Shown: piece after piece, positions 1 to 8,372 of the stretch
Position numbering within the stretch: position 1 is the stretch's first letter
How the letters are laid out: the number at the start of each line of letters is the position of its first letter
Assembly (NCBI GenBank): GCA_913043155.1
Contig: CAJWLY010000005.1
Location: 1-23,446, forward strand
Length of the DNA stretch: 23,446 nt
Origin: an uncultured Nitrospinaceae bacterium
GTDB taxonomy: Bacteria; Nitrospinota; Nitrospinia; Nitrospinales; VA-1
Direction: 5' to 3'
Translations under genes and position numbers: made by a program
Notes under the pieces: model-generated
Told to the model about the DNA's origin: nothing
Databases searched by the model: none
What the model saw: the letters and a program-made list of their open reading frames with translations, nothing else

Positions 1-232
1 GACCACCGGTGTCGATAGCTTCCTGCCCTCTCACCAGTCCGTCGGTTGAGTGCATCGAAACAGTACGAACCGCATCGTCTCCCAGATGCTGAGCAACCTC
101 GCACACAATGGTTTCATCTTCGTCCTGCGGGCTTTTAAGATTGATCGCGTTATAGAGTGCGGGCAGTTCACTCCCTTTAAAACTCATATCCACAACGGGA
201 CCCATCACCTGAATGATACTTCCTTTGTTCAT
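1..232 (-). CDS. atpD: F1 ATP synthase beta subunit, 5' (N-terminal) part; gene runs off the window start
   Basis: Manual minus-strand translation from ATG (complement of 230-232) gives MNKGSIIQVMGPVVDMSFKGSELPALYNAINL...VRTVSMHSTDGLVRGQEAIDTGG with no stop to position 1. This matches the conserved beta-subunit N-terminal barrel. GGAGG Shine-Dalgarno at complement of 240-244. It sits directly downstream of atpG in the canonical operon order. Not in the ORF track because it is truncated at the edge. Confidence 0.85.
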   Translation of the reverse strand, partial: MNKGSIIQVMGPVVDMSFKGSELPALYNAINLKSPQDEDETIVCEVAQHLGDDAVRTVSMHSTDGLVRGQEAIDTGG

Positions 233-268
233 TCCCTTCCTACCTCCCAATAGCAGTCATTAGCATGA

Positions 269-1138
269 TCAGGCCTTGAGTGCCTCGGCCCCGTTTACAA
301 TTTCAATTAATTCTTTAGTGATATAGGCTTGGCGTGCCTTGTTATAAGTCAGAGTCAGGCCATCGATCATGTCCCCGGCGTTGCGGCTAGCACTGTCCAT
401 CGCCGTCATCCGCGCTCCGTGTTCGCTGGCGGTGGACTCCAGAAACGCACGGTACACCTCGACCGTCATGTATCGTTTCAGCAGAGTTTCAAGAATCACT
501 TCCTCCTCCGGTTCGTAGATATAATCCACAACGGAAGATTTCTCCTTACTTGTGTCCAGTTTTTCCGGAACAATGGGTAGAAGCTGTTCAAGAATCACTT
601 CCTGCTGCATAACGGATTTAAACTCGTTGTACACCATATAAACCCGATCAACCGCTTTTTCGACGAAAAGCGATGCGAGGGTATCACTGATCTCGCCCAC
701 CGTGAGATAGTCAAAATCGCGGGTCCACCCGGAATGGTCATGCAGGATTTCGGTGGCGCGGTTTTTGAAAATATCATTTCCCTTTTTGCCAGCGGTGATA
801 AGCTGAATCTGCTTACTTGCGTTCTCATTGATGACCTGTGCGGTCTTCCGAATGATGCTTCCATTGAAACCACCGCACAGCCCTCGGTCTGCGGTAACAA
901 CTAAAATAAGCCAGCGATCCCCTTCCCTGTCGTCAAGAAGTGGGTGTAAGTCCTGGTTGCATCGTGCAGAAAGGTGGTTGAGCACCTCCATCATTTTGAT
1001 TGCGTAAGGGCGGGCCGCCATGATGGCTTGTTGCGCCTTGCGCAGTTTGGAAGCGGCGACCAGCTTCATCGCCTTGGTAATCTGCTGGGTGTTTTTGACA
1101 CTCCTTATCCTTCGTTTAATGTCTTTAAGATTCGGCAT
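269..1138 (-). CDS. atpG: F1 ATP synthase gamma subunit
   Basis: 289 aa. N-terminal MPNLKDIKRRIRSVKNTQQITKAMKLVAASKLRKAQ and C-terminal helix ...AYITKELIEIVNGAEAL are typical of gamma. Position between atpA and atpD. Confidence 0.93.
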   Translation of the reverse strand: MPNLKDIKRRIRSVKNTQQITKAMKLVAASKLRKAQQAIMAARPYAIKMMEVLNHLSARCNQDLHPLLDDREGDRWLILVVTADRGLCGGFNGSIIRKTAQVINENASKQIQLITAGKKGNDIFKNRATEILHDHSGWTRDFDYLTVGEISDTLASLFVEKAVDRVYMVYNEFKSVMQQEVILEQLLPIVPEKLDTSKEKSSVVDYIYEPEEEVILETLLKRYMTVEVYRAFLESTASEHGARMTAMDSASRNAGDMIDGLTLTYNKARQAYITKELIEIVNGAEALKA

Positions 1139-1252
1139 ATTTCCAAAAAAAGTTCGCCCGTGTTACACGGGGTTTCGTCTAAAATTCCACCCTGGGTATC
1201 GAAATATCCCCTGCCCAAGGTTGAAGCATGCTACCCATACGGTTCTCTAGAA

Positions 1253-2755
1253 CTAGAACAACTCTTTATATTCCAGGATAGCGGCTTTGATTTTTTCCTC
1301 TAGCGCATCGTCCAGTTTCTTTTCTTTTTCGATCGCATCGATGATGTCTTTGTGTTTCTCATCAACGAAGTTCAACAATCCTGCTTCGAACTTCTTGATG
1401 TCCTCAGCCGCGATGTCGTCTACCAGTCCGCGAACGCCCGCGAAAATTGCGATGACCTGTTGTGCCACCGAGAACGGTTTGTACTGGTCCTGTTTCAAAA
1501 GCTCAACGAGACGCTCGCCACGGAGCAGCTGGGCCTGGGTTGCAGCGTCGAGATCGCTTCCGAACTGGGCAAATGCCGCCATTTCACGGTACTGTGCGAG
1601 GTCAAGACGCAACTGACCCGCCACTTGTTTCATCGCCTTGATCTGCGCCGCGCCACCGACACGGGACACGGAAAGTCCGACATTGATCGCCGGTCGCACG
1701 CCGGAGAAGAACAGGTCGCTTTCAAGATAAATCTGACCATCGGTAATGGAAATAACATTCGTAGGAATGTAGGCGGAAACGTCGCCCGCCTGCGTTTCGA
1801 TGATGGGCAAAGCCGTGAGGGACCCGGCTCCTAAGTCGTCGCTCACCTTGGATGCCCTCTCGAGAAGCCGAGAGTGCAAAAAGAATACGTCTCCTGGATA
1901 CGCTTCGCGTCCGGGCGGACGCCTGAGAAGCAGGGACAACTGGCGGTAAGCCGCAGCCTGTTTGGACAGGTCATCGTAAACGATGAGACAATGCTGTCCA
2001 TTATCGCGGAAATATTCACCCATGGCGCACCCTGCGAAGGGAGCGATGAACTGCATCGGCGCTGGCTCGCTGGCCGAAGCGGAAACAACGATGGTGTACT
2101 TCATTGCGCCATGTTCTGCCAGCGTTTTTACGACACGGGCCACAGTGGACCTTTTTTGTCCGACCGCCACATAAACGCAGAACATGTTCTGGCCCTGTTG
2201 GTTGATGATCGTATCAATAGCTACGGCGGTTTTGCCGGTTTGCCGGTCACCGATGATCAGTTCGCGCTGACCACGTCCAATCGGGATCATGCCATCAATA
2301 GCCTTGATACCGGTCTGCATCGGTTCGTGCACTGATTTTCGGGAAATCACACCGGGGGCAATTCGTTCAATGGGGCCGGACTGGGAGCTCTTGATGGGAC
2401 CTTTACCGTCGATGGGCTGACCCAGCGCATCAACCACGCGTCCCACCATTTCGGGGCCGATGGGTACCTGCATGATGCGTCCCGTCCGCTTAACCTCATC
2501 GCCTTCCTTGATATCGTTATCAAATCCGAGAAGAACGGCTCCGACGTTATCCTCTTCCAAGTTCAAAACCATTCCCGCCAAGCCCCCGGGAAAATCAAGC
2601 AGTTCGCCGGCCATGGCCTTCTCCAGACCGTAAATGCGGGCGATACCGTCTCCGACGGAGATTACCCGACCCGTCTCCTTAAGCTCGATACCTTCGTCGA
2701 ATCCCTGAATCTGTTTCTGGATCAGGGAGCTAATTTCATCAGCACGCAAACTCAC
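1253..2755 (-). CDS. atpA: F1 ATP synthase alpha subunit
   Basis: 500 aa. Walker A GDRQTGKT, hallmark alpha segments ([52 protein letters not shown]). Stop and start are adjacent to atpH. Confidence 0.97.
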   Translation of the reverse strand: MSLRADEISSLIQKQIQGFDEGIELKETGRVISVGDGIARIYGLEKAMAGELLDFPGGLAGMVLNLEEDNVGAVLLGFDNDIKEGDEVKRTGRIMQVPIGPEMVGRVVDALGQPIDGKGPIKSSQSGPIERIAPGVISRKSVHEPMQTGIKAIDGMIPIGRGQRELIIGDRQTGKTAVAIDTIINQQGQNMFCVYVAVGQKRSTVARVVKTLAEHGAMKYTIVVSASASEPAPMQFIAPFAGCAMGEYFRDNGQHCLIVYDDLSKQAAAYRQLSLLLRRPPGREAYPGDVFFLHSRLLERASKVSDDLGAGSLTALPIIETQAGDVSAYIPTNVISITDGQIYLESDLFFSGVRPAINVGLSVSRVGGAAQIKAMKQVAGQLRLDLAQYREMAAFAQFGSDLDAATQAQLLRGERLVELLKQDQYKPFSVAQQVIAIFAGVRGLVDDIAAEDIKKFEAGLLNFVDEKHKDIIDAIEKEKKLDDALEEKIKAAILEYKELF

Positions 2756-3307
2756 TTAAGCTACCTCCTCTTTTTCAATCATTCGTTTCAATACGGCCAA
2801 CCGGTTTGTAATGGTGGCATCGGCCACCTGGTCGCCCACGCGAAGCTGGATCCCGCCAATTAGCGACGTATCCTCGCTGGCTTCGATCAGCACAGTTTTA
2901 CCCAGAATGCGGTTGAGGCCCGTCTTGAGTTGGTTGATATTGGCCTCAGTCAACGGGTGAGCTGACGTAACGTGTACGCGGACCTGGTTCAATCTTTCGT
3001 CAACAACCGCTTCGAAATAGTCGGCGATGTTTTTTAAAAAAAGAATTTTCTGCCGCTGGGTCAACATCGCCAACAGGTTGCGGACTACGTTTTCTACCTG
3101 CAGACGGTCGCAAAGCTCCCGCGCCAGCGCATTTTTCTTTTTTCCCGAAATACCCGGATGTGAAAAAAACCGCCCCAGCTGCCGATCGGCGTCAAACGTT
3201 TCGCGGAACGCCTTGAGGTTTCCCAACGCGCGGTGGAGCAGGCCCTCATCGTCTATGCTGGAGGAGAGCGCCTCTGCGTAACGCTTACTGATAACATTTT
3301 CAATCAT
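2756..3307 (-). CDS. atpH: F1 ATP synthase delta (OSCP) subunit
   Basis: 183 aa, helical. N-terminus ISKRYAEAL resembles the delta consensus IARPYAKA. Sits between atpF and atpA. Confidence 0.8.
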   Translation of the reverse strand: MIENVISKRYAEALSSSIDDEGLLHRALGNLKAFRETFDADRQLGRFFSHPGISGKKKNALARELCDRLQVENVVRNLLAMLTQRQKILFLKNIADYFEAVVDERLNQVRVHVTSAHPLTEANINQLKTGLNRILGKTVLIEASEDTSLIGGIQLRVGDQVADATITNRLAVLKRMIEKEEVA

Positions 3308-3327
3308 AATAACCTGCCCCGATCAAC

Positions 3328-3846
3328 TCAGGCTCCCTTACTGTCCATTTCGCGCAGGACTTCTTCGATGGATTCATCGACCAACCGCTTCTTGTCCTCA
3401 TCGCCTAGAGATTTTTTAAGAACTTTTTCAGTCGCAGCGATAGTTAGAGCCGCCGTGTACCCACGTATCTCATTAAGCAGTTTGTTCTGGGCAATTTGAA
3501 TTTCCTGCTCGGCATCGCTCTGCATTTGCCGAACCTTGGCCTGAGTTTCTTGGATTGTTTTTTCTTGGATCTTTTTGGACTCAGCGCCAGCCATCTGCAC
3601 AATGGTGTTGGCCTTTTCGTGAGCGTTTTTCAGTTCCTTCTCCAGATCGGCTTTAAGTTCCTGCGCTTCTTGCCTCAGCTTTTCCGCATCGCTGATTTCA
3701 GTGCGAATCTTGTTCTCGCGTTCTTCCAAAGCCTCTAAAATAGGCGGGAAGGCATATTTCTTTAGCAAAAGGAAGAGAAGCGCAAAGGAAACCACGGACC
3801 AAAACGCAAGCGACTGAAATACTTCAATTTGTTCAAATTGTGGCAT
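3328..3846 (-). CDS. atpF: Fo ATP synthase b subunit
   Basis: 172 aa with a single N-terminal transmembrane helix (FWSVVSFALLFLLLKKYAFPPI), then a long charged helix rich in E/K/Q/A. Operon position. Confidence 0.85.
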   Translation of the reverse strand: MPQFEQIEVFQSLAFWSVVSFALLFLLLKKYAFPPILEALEERENKIRTEISDAEKLRQEAQELKADLEKELKNAHEKANTIVQMAGAESKKIQEKTIQETQAKVRQMQSDAEQEIQIAQNKLLNEIRGYTAALTIAATEKVLKKSLGDEDKKRLVDESIEEVLREMDSKGA

Positions 3847-3931
3847 CGTATTTTTGTGTGATATAGGATTGGATCACTAATAAAATTTCTCTAAAAAGTG
3901 GTCCTACAGTAGAGATAAAACTTAAAAAAAA

Positions 3932-4162
3932 TTATTTAATATTTCCCATTATGATGAACGCAAGAACCAACCCGTAAAGGGCAACCGCCTCCACCAGTGC
4001 AAATCCGATCCAGCAATACTTGGCAATCCGAGCCTCGGCATTGGGTTGCCGCCCAACCGTTTCAATTGTCTGGGCAAAAATATAACCGATCCCTATCGCA
4101 GCGCCGGCGAATCCCGCTGCACACAAACCCATCCCAATTAATGCTGCCGCTCCTAATTCCAT
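3932..4162 (-). CDS. atpE: Fo ATP synthase c subunit (proteolipid)
   Basis: 76-aa helical hairpin with loop motif GRQPNAEARI and a conserved carboxylate in helix 2 (FALVEAVALYGLV). Confidence 0.92.
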   Translation of the reverse strand: MELGAAALIGMGLCAAGFAGAAIGIGYIFAQTIETVGRQPNAEARIAKYCWIGFALVEAVALYGLVLAFIIMGNIK

Positions 4163-4196
4163 GCTCTTAATCTCCTAAAAAAAAGTATAACCACTT

Positions 4197-4928
4197 TTAA
4201 TGAAGATGGATCACATCTCCGATGTAAACACACGTCAGGATCGTAAAAATATACGCCTGAATAAAGGCAATCGCTATTTCCAACCCATTGATGATGATGG
4301 TAAACCCAAATGGCAGCCAGCCTATCAGCAGGGACGCTGACATAGCCAAACCGAACAAAACAGCAAGAATAGTATGTCCAGCAGTCATGTTGGCGAACAA
4401 CCGCACCGAAAGTGAGATCGGGCGGGCCAGCATGCTGATGATTTCAATTGGGATCATCAAAGGGATCATTAATTTGGGAATCCCCGGAGGCACAAGAATA
4501 CTTAAAAAATGACCCCCATGTTTGGCAAAACCTATAACCAGGGTCAAAACAAAAATACAGATGGCAAAAATCCCGGTCACCACGAGTTGACTGGTGATGG
4601 TGTACGACCCGGGAATCATTCCGATCAGGTTGCAGGCAAGAATAAAAAAGAACAGTGATGCAATAAAGGGGAAATACTTATGAGCTTCTTCTTTTCCAAT
4701 AAACTCTTCCACCATATCCTTGATAAATACCAGCGCTAACTCTGCAACACTCTGAAGCTTCCCAGGAATAAGGCGGACCCCACTCTTCACTACCACCATG
4801 AACAGCCCAAACATAACAGCTAGCCCGGCCCACATGGCCAAGATGCCATTGTTAATAGAAATATCGATCCCCAGCAGGTTTAGGGGGATAAGTGTATGTA
4901 ACTCAAAGTGGTGTAAAGGGTTTTCCAT
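4197..4928 (-). CDS. atpB: Fo ATP synthase a subunit
   Basis: 243 aa, polytopic. The conserved Arg-containing helix ...ISLSVRLFANMTAGH... is typical of subunit a. Confidence 0.9.
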   Translation of the reverse strand: MENPLHHFELHTLIPLNLLGIDISINNGILAMWAGLAVMFGLFMVVVKSGVRLIPGKLQSVAELALVFIKDMVEEFIGKEEAHKYFPFIASLFFFILACNLIGMIPGSYTITSQLVVTGIFAICIFVLTLVIGFAKHGGHFLSILVPPGIPKLMIPLMIPIEIISMLARPISLSVRLFANMTAGHTILAVLFGLAMSASLLIGWLPFGFTIIINGLEIAIAFIQAYIFTILTCVYIGDVIHLH

Positions 4929-4935
4929 TTAAGCA

Positions 4936-5202
4936 CTAATCCATTTCGTTGTTTTGTTTCGAATTTCCATTTTGGCTATCGTCATCTCCTGGAAATTGGG
5001 TTGCTTGAGCTGTTTTGTAAGCAGCCAAACACCCTGCGGCACCACCAAAAAACACGCCCAGAACCATCAGCCAAGGTTTGGTCCCCAAAAACCAGTCTAG
5101 AGCATATCCCATCACAGCCCCGACCAGTGTGGAAACAGTAAGTTCTGTTCCCAACCTGAACCCAACCCCTACACCTCGGCGTAAGTCGTTGCCTTCACTC
5201 AT
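4936..5202 (-). CDS. atpZ: AtpZ/AtpI-like small membrane protein of ATP synthase operons (PF09527-like)
   Basis: 88 aa. Two transmembrane segments with LGTELTVSTLVGAVMGYALDWFLGTKPWLMVLGVFFGGAAG match the AtpZ/AtpI signature. Immediately upstream of atpB on the same strand. Confidence 0.75.
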   Translation of the reverse strand: MSEGNDLRRGVGVGFRLGTELTVSTLVGAVMGYALDWFLGTKPWLMVLGVFFGGAAGCLAAYKTAQATQFPGDDDSQNGNSKQNNEMD

Positions 5203-5435
5203 TCAGTTTGAATTTAGGAGATGAAAATAAGCCCTGCAGAGGAAAAGCGGGGCAGTGTAACATAAGAAAGCCAACTATCCAATCAGCTCTCACCCACTAT
5301 CATTTTTCACCGATCTCTGTCTAAAATCCTTCCTAATCTTAAAGAACCGCTATGGAAAGATAAATTCCCCTGCACATAGCAGTTTAACGAGAAAATAAAA
5401 TCCCCTGTCAAAAAAAGAACAACCCAGGATTAGAA

Positions 5436-5762
5436 TCAATAAGGGAGGGCGCCAAAAGTCTCTTCGTATTCCTCGAGGGGCATCATGTCGATAGCATCCC
5501 AGGGGCACCCTTCTAGAAACGTGTCCATAGGACCTTTCGAAGTGCATTTCTTGCACCCGATACACAGCAGTGGATCAACCTCGATCCGGTTTGACCGCGG
5601 AGCGTCCGGATTCGTCACTTCGCTCATACAGTCCTCGACCGGACATTCCGTCAGACAGATCGGGGACCCGCCACAACCGGTGCAGGCATCATTGATCACA
5701 GCAAGAATCTTAGGTTTGCGCTTCCGCTGTCCGGTACGTTTTGTTTTCTCCGCGACGGCCAC
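5436..5762 (-). CDS. 4Fe-4S dicluster ferredoxin-like protein with a basic N-terminal extension
   Basis: Two Cys clusters (CTGCGGSPICLTECP and CIGCKKC...EGCP). In-frame GTG start preceded by an AGAGGA Shine-Dalgarno 7 nt upstream. Same strand as the atp operon, 233 bp upstream of atpZ. Confidence 0.7.
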   Translation of the reverse strand: MAVAEKTKRTGQRKRKPKILAVINDACTGCGGSPICLTECPVEDCMSEVTNPDAPRSNRIEVDPLLCIGCKKCTSKGPMDTFLEGCPWDAIDMMPLEEYEETFGALPY

Positions 5763-5843
5763 GACGACATCCTCTTTTTAAAAAGGTTGGCTCGTTTTCC
5801 ACAAGCTCACGGCGTAAAACCCTTTTTTGACAAACTGGTTGGG

Positions 5844-5872
5844 ATTAATACCAGAAATTAAGGGACTTTGCA
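5844..5872 (-). promoter_or_regulatory. Putative sigma70-type promoter for ferredoxin/atp transcription
   Basis: Read on the minus strand: TTGCAA (-35, 5872-5867), 17-nt spacer, TATTAA (-10, 5849-5844). About 80 nt upstream of the ferredoxin start. Found by eye only. Confidence 0.3.
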
Positions 5873-6010
5873 ATAATTACTCGCATCTTGAAATAATCGA
5901 ACCCGACACCACCACCTCCCGCACTCTATAACCTCTGATAGGTTTAAATACAACCTGTTGCACGCTCATATTTAGAGAACTCCGCTTTCTACGCAGGCAA
6001 GGTTTTTCAT

Positions 6011-6039
6011 TTGCAGAACGCATGACGGTGTATTAATAT
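6011..6039 (+). promoter_or_regulatory. Putative sigma70-type promoter upstream of holB
   Basis: TTGCAG (6011-6016), 17-nt spacer, TAATAT (6034-6039). About 125 nt upstream of the holB ATG, in a 400-bp divergent intergenic region. Confidence 0.35.
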
Positions 6040-6165
6040 GAACTTGCTGAGGAGGGTGCATTCCCCCCTTCATCGCGACAACTTGTTGATCTATCATATT
6101 TTATCGACTAACCAAAGCAACCGTTCCAATTTCGAAAAAGAAAAGATGGATCGCCATAAACCGCC

Positions 6166-7185
6166 ATGTCATTTTCGCGTATTCTGGGCCAAGACCGGCC
6201 CAAACATATACTTAAAAAGACCCTTCGCAACGGCTGTATCCCGCACGCCTATCTGTTCTACGGTCAGGAGAGCGTAGGCAAAAAACTCGCTGCCGTCGAA
6301 CTGGCTAAGGCCCTCAACTGTGAGGTCTCCGGACCGGTAGATGGATGCGACGGATGCCCTTCCTGCCGCAAGATCGATGAACGCACGCATCCTGATTTTT
6401 TTCTACTCGAACCTGAAAAAAGCAGCCCTTCCGCACGGGACGCCATTCTCAAAATCGATGCGATCCGCGAGCTTCAGAAAAAACTGATCTACCTGCCCTA
6501 CGAGGGGCAAACCAAAGTTGCCATCATTGATTCGGCAGAATGCATGAACCCCCAGGCAGCTAACTCATTTTTAAAAACACTGGAGGAGCCACCGTCCAAA
6601 ACAATCATCATCCTCATCGCCTCCAATCCTTACCAATTGCTCCCAACCCTTGTTTCGCGCTGTCAGAGTATCCGGTTTTACCCGTTAGCAGTGGAAACCA
6701 TTAAAAAAATCATTACAAAACAACTTGAAAGCGAAACGGGTGATGCGCAACCGGAGTTGCTGGAGTTGAGAGCCCAACGGTCGATGGGACAGGTTGCTCG
6801 CGCCATGGAAGAAGACCTTCTCAAAACCTCAGAATACCGGGGAGATTTGATCGGTCTAATAGAACAGGTTTCGTTTAAACGCATGGATCTAGCGTTTCAG
6901 TGGATTAGAACCTATGGGCGAAAAACAGACCGTCTTCAGTCGATCCTAGATGAACTTTTAAATTTGGTGCACGATGCGGCAGTGCTCAAAACGAATCGTA
7001 ACCCTCGGGCGATCCAAAACAAAGACCTGACGCATCTACTGGAAAAGGTGGCAAACCAAAAATCTCTAGCGGCTCTTCTCGATATGTTCGATGCGGTCCA
7101 CCGCACCAAAGTCGCCTTGAAGTACAACGCCAACGCACAACTTTCGCTGGAGAATATGTTTCTCAACTTTTGCGAAGCCGCATAG
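6166..7185 (+). CDS. holB: DNA polymerase III delta' subunit
   Basis: 339 aa. Clamp-loader AAA+ N-terminus (HAYLFYGQESVGKKLAAVELAKALNCE), Zn module CDGCPSCRKI, and box VII-like SRCQSIRF. Confidence 0.85.
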   Translation: MSFSRILGQDRPKHILKKTLRNGCIPHAYLFYGQESVGKKLAAVELAKALNCEVSGPVDGCDGCPSCRKIDERTHPDFFLLEPEKSSPSARDAILKIDAIRELQKKLIYLPYEGQTKVAIIDSAECMNPQAANSFLKTLEEPPSKTIIILIASNPYQLLPTLVSRCQSIRFYPLAVETIKKIITKQLESETGDAQPELLELRAQRSMGQVARAMEEDLLKTSEYRGDLIGLIEQVSFKRMDLAFQWIRTYGRKTDRLQSILDELLNLVHDAAVLKTNRNPRAIQNKDLTHLLEKVANQKSLAALLDMFDAVHRTKVALKYNANAQLSLENMFLNFCEAA

Positions 7186-7203
7186 CATGCAACGGGAATC
7201 ACT

Positions 7204-8073
7204 ATGGATCAAACACTGACCGAAGAACAGGCGCAGCCTAGGAAAGAAAATAGAGGACCTCGTTTCCTCATCGGAATTCGTGTCGGCGACACCCTTAAAT
7301 CGGAATTGTTCGATCCGGTTAAACTGAACCTTCGCGTGGGTATGCAGGTGATGGCGGAAACCAATTATGGGACTCAACTAGGCGTAGTTGCTTCTAATAA
7401 GGTCCCCAACTTAAGTAAAAAGAATAAGAAATTCCAGCGCGTACTCAGAGTCGCCAATGAAAACGATTTTCAGGCTCAAACGAGAAAATTGGACCAGGAA
7501 AAACGGGCTAAGGAGCTGTGTGCGAGAAAAATTCTGGAACTGAAATTGCCGATGAACCTAAGTCGAGTGGTTCATATCCAAAAGCTGAAAAAGACCATTT
7601 TTTTCTTCACTGCCGAAGGCCGCGTAGACTTCCGTCAGCTCATCAAGGAACTGGGATCCGGCCTACGACACCGTATCGAAATGAAACAGGTGGGCGTGCG
7701 CGACGAGGCCCGATCGATTACTGGCTACGGGGTATGTGGGGAAGCCCTTTGCTGTTCTAGTTTCCTTCAGGACTTCACTCCGGTCACCATCCGCATGGCC
7801 AAGGATCAGGGACTCGTCCTCAACCCAACCAAAATTTCAGGGGTATGCGGACGTCTTATGTGTTGCCTGCAGTATGAACATGAAATTTACAAAAATCTCA
7901 TCAAAGACATGCCCAAGGTCAACCGCAAGATCCAGACTCCGGACGGGCCCGGCAAGGTCCTGAACAATGACATCCTGAAGCAAAATATCCTTGTCCGGCT
8001 CGACGATGAAAGTATAATGACCTATCCTTTAGACGAGTTGAGGGAGTTCCTGAAGCCAAAGAACCGGGAATAG
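7204..8073 (+). CDS. ricT: PSP1 C-terminal domain protein (RicT/YaaT-like)
   Basis: 289 aa. Conserved Cys pairs GVCGEALCC and GVCGRLMCCLQYE are typical of PSP1/YaaT. Gene order holB then yaaT is conserved as in Bacillus. Confidence 0.75.
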   Translation: MDQTLTEEQAQPRKENRGPRFLIGIRVGDTLKSELFDPVKLNLRVGMQVMAETNYGTQLGVVASNKVPNLSKKNKKFQRVLRVANENDFQAQTRKLDQEKRAKELCARKILELKLPMNLSRVVHIQKLKKTIFFFTAEGRVDFRQLIKELGSGLRHRIEMKQVGVRDEARSITGYGVCGEALCCSSFLQDFTPVTIRMAKDQGLVLNPTKISGVCGRLMCCLQYEHEIYKNLIKDMPKVNRKIQTPDGPGKVLNNDILKQNILVRLDDESIMTYPLDELREFLKPKNRE

Positions 8074-8372
8074 TTTCCACCAAAAACCAAGCCTTCTTAA
8101 AAACCACAGCCTACGCGCTGAAAGCCCATTGGAAAAAAATATTAGGCGCTCTCCTACTGGATACTCGCAAAGATTCAATCGCTGGGATGGGTTCACTTTT
8201 TCAAAAACACCCCTCATCCCCTTCTAGAACGGGAGTGATGGGCTCCGACCTTTTATCAATTCGTAACATCTTTTAAAAAATGATCTGAGAAAAACTTAAT
8301 CTTGAGAATCATCAAGTCTTCAAAATTTTCCGCTTCATCTGAAACCAAAAAACTCTCAATCGCTCAATCTCC

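Noticed and set aside
50-253. 67-aa plus-strand ORF at the window start
   Set aside because: The opposite strand encodes a clean atpD N-terminus with a GGAGG Shine-Dalgarno. The plus-strand ORF is a shadow frame.
1352-2335. Several 60-160-aa plus-strand ORFs inside atpA (1352-1834, 1874-2335, 1983-2174)
   Set aside because: They are antisense shadow ORFs within a highly conserved gene, and no independent signals support them.
3847-3931. AT-rich 85-bp atpF-atpE spacer as a possible internal promoter
   Set aside because: No convincing -35/-10 pair on the minus strand. AT-rich spacers before atpE are common translational-efficiency features and nothing distinguishes this one.
8074-8372. Possible RNA structure or T-box-like leader upstream of metG (GGGATGGG...CTCATCCCC pairing; CTCAATCG tandem)
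   Set aside because: The stem has a 20-nt loop and no T-run, and no T-box specifier/antiterminator motifs (AGGGUGGNACCGCG) were seen. It is probably just promoter-region sequence.
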